Shown piece after piece: positions 59,106-64,000 of a stretch of DNA of 64,000 nucleotides (the first letter of the stretch is position 1; every line of letters begins with the position of its first letter). This stretch comes from a virus. Both the position numbers and the translations under genes were made by a program. Below the pieces are notes generated by a model. That model did not search any database. It was not told the DNA's origin and saw only the letters and a program-made list of their open reading frames with translations. The stretch lies in IMG/VR virus record IMGVR_UViG_3300025617_000006. One strand, given 5' to 3'.

Positions 59106-59525
59106 TTATCTAATTGCAGTAATTGGTGAATTATTCTTTCTTACACTTAGATTTATAAAATCTCGTATAAAATCAAACTGTGTTGCTAACATACCAAACA
59201 GTTCGGCGTTAAGTCCTTGTTGCACAAGTGTATAAGAACTTTTTCCTATATCTGAATAGTATCTTACACTTATACCATATTCTGGAAATACACTTGTAAC
59301 AAACAAACAACAGTCGCCTAATTCTTTTGCTGTATAACGGTAAGGAGTCTTTAACTTAAGATATGACTGTGCGAATGTTTCTTCTGGAAGGAAGTTTGGT
59401 TTATCAAGTTTATCTGCAAGTAACATCACTATATAGGATTCTATATCTACAGGAAGTTCGTATCCTGTAGCAGACTGTGTTTCTTGAACAAGGTCATAAA
59501 AGACCGTTGTGTACTCGTCTCTCAT
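59106..59525 (-). CDS. Hypothetical helical protein (bacterial-like LGD.CL....FP / YY..IG.S.Y motifs)
   Basis: 139-aa ORF with TAAATA-N5-ATG start. Confidence 0.6.
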   Translation of the reverse strand: MRDEYTTVFYDLVQETQSATGYELPVDIESYIVMLLADKLDKPNFLPEETFAQSYLKLKTPYRYTAKELGDCCLFVTSVFPEYGISVRYYSDIGKSSYTLVQQGLNAELFGMLATQFDFIRDFINLSVRKNNSPITAIR

Positions 59526-59542
59526 ATTAATATTTAGTTAAG

Positions 59543-59565
59543 AAAAAGCCCGCACAGTGGCGGGC
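59543..59565 (-). terminator. Rho-independent terminator closing the pqqA unit
   Basis: GCCCGC-CACTGT-GCGGGC then TTTTT. Confidence 0.85.
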
Positions 59566-59571
59566 CTTTGT

Positions 59572-59700
59572 TTATTCACAATCTAATGTTTCTATTAGTT
59601 TGCTTATATCTATTTTTGGTTCTTCATCTACTACTTGTTCATTACATACATCGTTACTTCGAATCCGAATCTCATCTCTGTTGCTGTCGGTGTTGTCCAC
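59572..59700 (-). CDS. Putative 42-aa acidic peptide overlapping pqqA in another frame (GTG start)
   Basis: Open frame VDNTDSNRDEIRIRSNDVCNEQVVDEEPKIDISKLIETLDCE, ending just before the terminator; could share the pqqA SD. Confidence 0.3.
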   Translation of the reverse strand: MDNTDSNRDEIRIRSNDVCNEQVVDEEPKIDISKLIETLDCE

Positions 59701-59702
59701 AT
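59631..59702 (-). CDS. pqqA: Pyrroloquinoline quinone precursor peptide PqqA (23 aa)
   Basis: MWTTPTATEMRFGFEVTMYVMNK: canonical W..P.....R.GFEVTMY with the ExxxY pair; AAGGAG SD 6 nt upstream. Confidence 0.95.
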   Translation of the reverse strand: MWTTPTATEMRFGFEVTMYVMNK

Positions 59703-59745
59703 AGTGTACTCCTTAAATTAAGTTAATAAAATTGTACTGCAATAC

Positions 59746-59753
59746 TATTTAAA
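59746..59753 (-). promoter_or_regulatory. Late promoter-like motif (TTTAAATA) upstream of pqqA
   Basis: TAAATA core at 59751-59746, about 44 nt before the ATG; region is AT-rich so a chance match is possible. Confidence 0.45.
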
Positions 59754-59805
59754 CATATCTAGAAGCAAAAGTCATACGTATAATCATTAAAAGAAAGTAA
59801 AACTG

Positions 59806-59952
59806 TTACTTACCCTGGCCTTTATATTTTTTGTAACTACGTCTTTTGCTTTTATTCATCATACATTTAGAGTGTTTTCCTCCACCTATTGATGTTTTCT
59901 TTTTCGTAGTTTCGTGTGCTTCTATATTCGGGTTAAATTTAACACGAGCCAT
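59806..59952 (-). CDS. Small basic peptide (48 aa) ending KKYKGQGK
   Basis: MARVKFNPNIEAHETTKKKTSIGGGKHSKCMMNKSKRRSYKKYKGQGK; fills the gap after the gp23 terminator; AAAGGT SD-like sequence. Confidence 0.75.
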   Translation of the reverse strand: MARVKFNPNIEAHETTKKKTSIGGGKHSKCMMNKSKRRSYKKYKGQGK

Positions 59953-59981
59953 AAAACCTTTCGGTTAGTTTTTTAGTCATT

Positions 59982-60011
59982 AAAAAAGGGCGAAACTAAG
60001 TTCCGCCCTTT
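59982..60011 (-). terminator. Rho-independent terminator after major capsid gene
   Basis: AAAGGGCGGAA-CTTAG-TTTCGCCCTTT then TTT. Confidence 0.85.
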
Positions 60012-60032
60012 AATTTTTATGTTAACAATCCC

Positions 60033-61196
60033 TTACGAGAATGTTACACCTGCTACTGACACACGTGCCAAGTAGTCTGCCGCATTACCAAGAGATGATG
60101 CAGTGTTGTTTAACTCTACATAACCGTATCTTGTCATGAACGATACTACTGGTTCGAATGTTGCCGGATCAAGTACAACACCTGAAGACATAAGCGGGAT
60201 GTATGGGCAATAGAATGCCGCCGCATCTGACTCTGATGTGCCTTTGTAACCAACAAGTACGTCTGTTGTGTCGGCTGCATATGCGTCTACGTATACTTTC
60301 ATTGCTCCGTTAAGAGTACCTACTAACTTAGTGTTAGTTGGTGCATCAAAAGTACCTTCAGTTGTTCTTGCGAACGCTGAAGTTGTAGCAGACTGTAGTA
60401 CAGTTAACGTATGCGGTGATACCACTGCAAAGTTACCTGCGCCACGGCGTGTACGCTGTGCAATTTTGTTAGCCGCTCTGTTGATCATTACTGCAAGTGC
60501 CGCATGTTCGTCACCGACGAATGTAGCAGTACCTGATACAGCAGTTTGATCATATTGAACGTCTGACTCAGCCGCTCCAGCCAAGTTGCGTAGTGAAGAA
60601 AGAACTTCTTGGTCGATTTCAGCAGTAATTTCTTGTGCTAATGCCGCCATGATTTCCGCTTCCACGTCAATGCCTTGTTGTGCTTGTGCGTCTTGTGCAG
60701 ACTCAAAAGTCCAACGTGCTGACAATTTACGTGTCTTCGCTTCGACTGTTTGCTTTAAGATCTGAATTGACAAACGCTTACCTGCTTCACCTTCAAGTGC
60801 CGCAGTTGCTGATGCCTTATCAGTTGCTCCACCACCGGAATAGCCTAAGCCAATCTTAAATGGTGATAGTGCTTCCTCACCTGCGGTTACGTCATCAAGT
60901 GTGTCTGAATAACGTACACGTAAAGTGTGGATTTGGCCGACTGGGCCAGTCATTGGTTGTACACCAACGATTTCGTTTGCGATGACTGTTGGCATCACAC
61001 GTCTGATTACTGGTAGGATAACTCTGTTTAAAGTTGCAACATTACCTGCAGAAGTGGCACCTGCTGTCGCGCTCTCATTCAAATACCTTTTAGTATTCTC
61101 TAGAGTTGCGGACATTACAGATTTTTTCGTGCCTTGTAGGCCTTCAAGTAATGCGCTTTTAGTTTCCTGCCAGCGTCCTTCTAATAGTTCTGACAT
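60033..61196 (-). CDS. gp23: Major capsid protein (gp23-like)
   Basis: RRVMPTVIANEIVGVQPMTGPVG, VEAKTRKLSARWTFE.AQD, EITAEIDQE, FYCPYIPL, FMTRYG. Confidence 0.97.
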   Translation of the reverse strand: MSELLEGRWQETKSALLEGLQGTKKSVMSATLENTKRYLNESATAGATSAGNVATLNRVILPVIRRVMPTVIANEIVGVQPMTGPVGQIHTLRVRYSDTLDDVTAGEEALSPFKIGLGYSGGGATDKASATAALEGEAGKRLSIQILKQTVEAKTRKLSARWTFESAQDAQAQQGIDVEAEIMAALAQEITAEIDQEVLSSLRNLAGAAESDVQYDQTAVSGTATFVGDEHAALAVMINRAANKIAQRTRRGAGNFAVVSPHTLTVLQSATTSAFARTTEGTFDAPTNTKLVGTLNGAMKVYVDAYAADTTDVLVGYKGTSESDAAAFYCPYIPLMSSGVVLDPATFEPVVSFMTRYGYVELNNTASSLGNAADYLARVSVAGVTFS

Positions 61197-61208
61197 TATT
61201 TTCTCCTT

Positions 61209-62312
61209 TTAATTTAATCCTGCAAGTCGTCTAATGTCTACAACATTATCTGTTGTTGCAGAATTGCTTGCGCTACTAACGTTAGATTCTTCTTTATTGC
61301 CTGTTACTTCTTTAGCCTCTTTTAATGTCGCCTTCTTCCTAGCAGGAGTGTTACCGTCAATAACTGATGGTAAGTACTTGTCAAACTGTTTTTGGATATT
61401 AGCAGTTTGTACAGACTCCAGTAAGTCTAACATTATTTCTTTCTGATCTGTACTCAACGGAGCAGTTAATTCAGAAATAATTTCTTTTCTTTGTGCAGTT
61501 GCATATGCACGTTTAATTTGTGCATCTTTTGATTCAACTAATTTTGCTTTCTCGTCAGCAATTTTCTTAGCCTCTGCAAGTTGCTTGTCTTTCAACCCAA
61601 CTACCTGTAACAATTTTGCAGTTTCAGACTTCTCATTTAAATGTGAATTCTGATACTCGTCTGCAAATGTTTCAAACAGTTTACGTCCAAAGTCATTCTT
61701 ACGTGCTACATCAATATCTTCTTTAAGAGATTTGATCTCTTTATTAAGTGTCTTTGTAACAGTATTCTCTACAACTTTAGCACCTTTCTTAATGAAAGAT
61801 TCTTTTACAGTTTGTAAGTGCTTCTTAGCCTCTCTAATTAGTCGAACTTTTGTTTCTGCAAGGTCCTTCTTATCTTCATGGAACTCTGCAATTTCCTTCG
61901 CCAAAGCCTCTACAACAAATTCTTCCAACTTGCCAAACTTAGTTGACATAGCCTTTTGATCTTCGTGTAGTTCCGAAACTTCTTTACCAAGTTGCTGAAC
62001 AACAAAGTTTTTAAGTAGGTCTGCGTTTTCGCGCATTGCTACGTGGTACTTTGCTCTTGCTTCAGCAAGTTTCTGTCTATCTTCTGCAAATTCAGTGATC
62101 TCTTCATGTAGTCTGTCGTCAAGCATTTTTTCAACTGCTTCAACCATTACAGATTTATCATGCTCATATTTTTGAGCAAATTCTTCACGAAGTTCTGCTG
62201 TTACTTGCATACGATTTTCAGTAATCTTGGTATCCCAAGCCTCTTGGATGTCGGCTTTAACTTCTTCCGAAACTGCATTGCTCTCTAATAGTGATTTCAG
62301 TGCGTCCAACAT
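61209..62312 (-). CDS. gp22: Prohead core scaffolding protein (gp22-like)
   Basis: Long acidic coiled coil between protease and major capsid genes. Confidence 0.8.
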   Translation of the reverse strand: MLDALKSLLESNAVSEEVKADIQEAWDTKITENRMQVTAELREEFAQKYEHDKSVMVEAVEKMLDDRLHEEITEFAEDRQKLAEARAKYHVAMRENADLLKNFVVQQLGKEVSELHEDQKAMSTKFGKLEEFVVEALAKEIAEFHEDKKDLAETKVRLIREAKKHLQTVKESFIKKGAKVVENTVTKTLNKEIKSLKEDIDVARKNDFGRKLFETFADEYQNSHLNEKSETAKLLQVVGLKDKQLAEAKKIADEKAKLVESKDAQIKRAYATAQRKEIISELTAPLSTDQKEIMLDLLESVQTANIQKQFDKYLPSVIDGNTPARKKATLKEAKEVTGNKEESNVSSASNSATTDNVVDIRRLAGLN

Positions 62313-62322
62313 CTTGTTCTCC

Positions 62323-62949
62323 TTATTTTAATCCTTTGATGATGTTTACTAAGGATTCTTTTAAATACTTCTGTGCCTTTTTATCATTTTTAACTTCGTG
62401 AGCCGTTGTTAGTGCCTGATACCCACCGCGGGTATTCATCAAATGCTCGTAAATTGGTGTTGGATATGCACCAGGAGCAGATGGTTGAGCAACAATATCG
62501 ACTGTGATAATTTCAAAGTCACTTACATTGTTGTCTTCGTTAACGTTACCTGAACCACGCGATGAAACACCTAGTTTAACTCCGCTTTCAAGCATTGTTT
62601 TAACTAAGGTGCCCATCGGTGTTGGTAAAATTTTCATTTTTCCATAACCGTTTGGTCCATCCATCCACATTTCTGTCATCATATGGCTTACACGGTCAAG
62701 ATTGATATTAAGTCCTTCTGGATGATCAACTTCGCCAAGAACACTGTATCCTCCCGAGATTTGATCGTTAAGAGTGTTGACAGCCCTACTAATTTCGCTT
62801 ACAGGATACACACGCTGGTTTGCGTTGCGTACACCACCTTGGATGCAAATACCTTTCAAATGAAGGTTTTTACTACCATCTTCTAGATTAGTAGTCTCCA
62901 GGACGATCTGCGCCTGGTCGAATGTCAAGTTCTCACGTAAGTTTAACAT
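62323..62949 (-). CDS. gp21: Prohead core protease (gp21-like)
   Basis: NANQRVYP, LGEVDHP, LDRVSH, LGVSSRGSG, DIVAQPSAPGA. Confidence 0.95.
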   Translation of the reverse strand: MLNLRENLTFDQAQIVLETTNLEDGSKNLHLKGICIQGGVRNANQRVYPVSEISRAVNTLNDQISGGYSVLGEVDHPEGLNINLDRVSHMMTEMWMDGPNGYGKMKILPTPMGTLVKTMLESGVKLGVSSRGSGNVNEDNNVSDFEIITVDIVAQPSAPGAYPTPIYEHLMNTRGGYQALTTAHEVKNDKKAQKYLKESLVNIIKGLK

Positions 62950-62966
62950 CTAATAAGTTCCTAATA

Positions 62967-63899
62967 TTAAGAGCCGATGATTGATTTATCATCCACTCCA
63001 GTTTCGCCTGTGCCTTTTTTCTCAGCACCGTGGCCTTTGGCATTAGACATTGACTTTGAAGCCTTTGCGCCTGGAACATTTACGTTACCTGCATTGTCTT
63101 CTTTAGGAGCACTAGCACCAGTTCCGCCTTTTTCTTCTGCTGAACCTTTTGCAATATTTGCAGTAGTACCGCCCATGTCATTTTTACCTGCTACTGGTGA
63201 TTTCGCTTTGTTATCTTCGCCTTTTGGCTCAGAAACTTTTTCTACGTACTCACGCATTTGTTCTGCTTGAGTTTTTTCACCTTCATATGCAGGCTGTGTG
63301 TCTACACCAAGATCTGAAGCATCAAATGCTTCATCTTCTTGCTCTTCATCACCTTCGTCGTCGCCCATGTCCATTTCAGCATCGTCGCCTTCATCGTCCA
63401 TGTCGCCTTCGTCACCGTCCATCATTTTTTCAAATTCTGCTTTAAGGTCATCAAGTGCATCTTCTAGGTCTACAACGCGGTCTTCTAATTCTTCTTCACC
63501 TTCGTCGTCACCTTCGTCGTCACCACCTTCAATATCAGCCATCATGTCATCGGTTGGATCACCGCCCATGTCGTCTTCTGCTTCAGGGGTAAATTCTGTA
63601 AAGTTTTCATCAACTTCTTCATCAGTTGCTTCATCAACTTCTTCGTCATCGTCGTCGTCATCATCTTCATCTTTTGATTCGTCGACTTCTTCGTCAGTTG
63701 TTTCATCAACTTCTTCATCTGATGCTTCATCAACTTCTTCGTCGTCTGACTCATCAACTTCTAGATCTGTTTCTAAAAGATTTTCATAAATTGTTCTTGA
63801 TTTTTCAACTACAATCTCGTGGAATAATTCTTCCGCCGCTTTGCGATCTTCGTTGACTAATTTTTCGAGCATTTCCTCGAACTTGTTACGATCTGCCAT
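62967..63899 (-). CDS. Highly acidic prohead core/internal protein
   Basis: 310 aa, Asp/Glu-rich with EEVDE repeats, located upstream of gp21 where T4-like phages place core proteins. Confidence 0.6.
   Translation of the reverse strand: MADRNKFEEMLEKLVNEDRKAAEELFHEIVVEKSRTIYENLLETDLEVDESDDEEVDEASDEEVDETTDEEVDESKDEDDDDDDDEEVDEATDEEVDENFTEFTPEAEDDMGGDPTDDMMADIEGGDDEGDDEGEEELEDRVVDLEDALDDLKAEFEKMMDGDEGDMDDEGDDAEMDMGDDEGDEEQEDEAFDASDLGVDTQPAYEGEKTQAEQMREYVEKVSEPKGEDNKAKSPVAGKNDMGGTTANIAKGSAEEKGGTGASAPKEDNAGNVNVPGAKASKSMSNAKGHGAEKKGTGETGVDDKSIIGS
63606..63760 (-). repeat. Imperfect tandem repeat encoding (D)EEVDE units
   Basis: TCATCAACTTCTTC-like units repeated about 5-6 times on the plus strand. 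Confidence 0.7.
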
Positions 63900-64000
63900 T
63901 TTTTGTCCTCCTATAAGAATGTTTACGGTAAGGCTGTCAATTGTATTTACAGTTTAATAGAAATATACGTGGAAAATGGTGTCAAAATGCGCAATTTTGA

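Noticed and set aside
59628-59633. TAG-TAG after pqqA as a sign of stop-codon reassignment
   Set aside because: Core genes are full length in the standard code, several end in TAG, and PqqA has its normal length
4217-62886. Numerous plus-strand 60-200 aa ORFs opposite long minus-strand genes
   Set aside because: Antisense shadows produced by codon bias; no SD, promoter or family motifs
63606-63760. Short direct repeats as a possible CRISPR array
   Set aside because: Period about 21 nt, in frame within a CDS, no unique 30-40 nt spacers and no cas genes
63298-63789. 163-aa poly-Ser ORF on plus strand
   Set aside because: Mirror of GAA/GAT/GAC codons of the acidic core protein

Overview
This 64 kb window is the virion-morphogenesis (late) region of a large T4-like myovirus. 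It is AT-rich, densely coding, mostly on the minus strand, and reads in the standard genetic code. Recognisable core genes are terminase large subunit gp17 (cut by the window start; missing from the ORF track) and probable small subunit gp16, head completion gp4, a gp54/gp19-like protein, tail tube gp19, tail sheath gp18, dNMP kinase gp1, neck gp13/gp14, tail terminator gp15, major capsid gp23, scaffold gp22 and prohead protease gp21. About 35 kb encodes paralogous fibre/appendage proteins. Two enzyme cassettes are embedded among these structural genes behind TAAATA late-promoter motifs. The first is Nudix-hldE-hldD-unknown-cupin (ADP-heptose supply). The second is nitrilase, GT9-like glycosyltransferase, two SGNH-like proteins and a carbamoyltransferase, directly downstream of three ~10%-Cys, Gly-rich adhesin-like genes. 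Together they suggest, by inference, a phage-encoded virion heptosylation/decoration system. Features below the ORF-track cut-off are a 23-aa PQQ precursor gene pqqA (Methylophilaceae-like), a 42-codon ORF in another frame that overlaps it, and a 48-aa basic peptide. There are also two structured 5' leader RNAs sharing GGACUUA, a class of apparently leaderless late genes (TAAATA-N5-ATG), and fibre proteins with intact type-1-copper-like and phycobiliprotein-like (KCxRD) motifs. No tRNA, rRNA, CRISPR array, integrase, transposase or reverse transcriptase was recognised. All family assignments come from motif recognition by eye; no database search was run.
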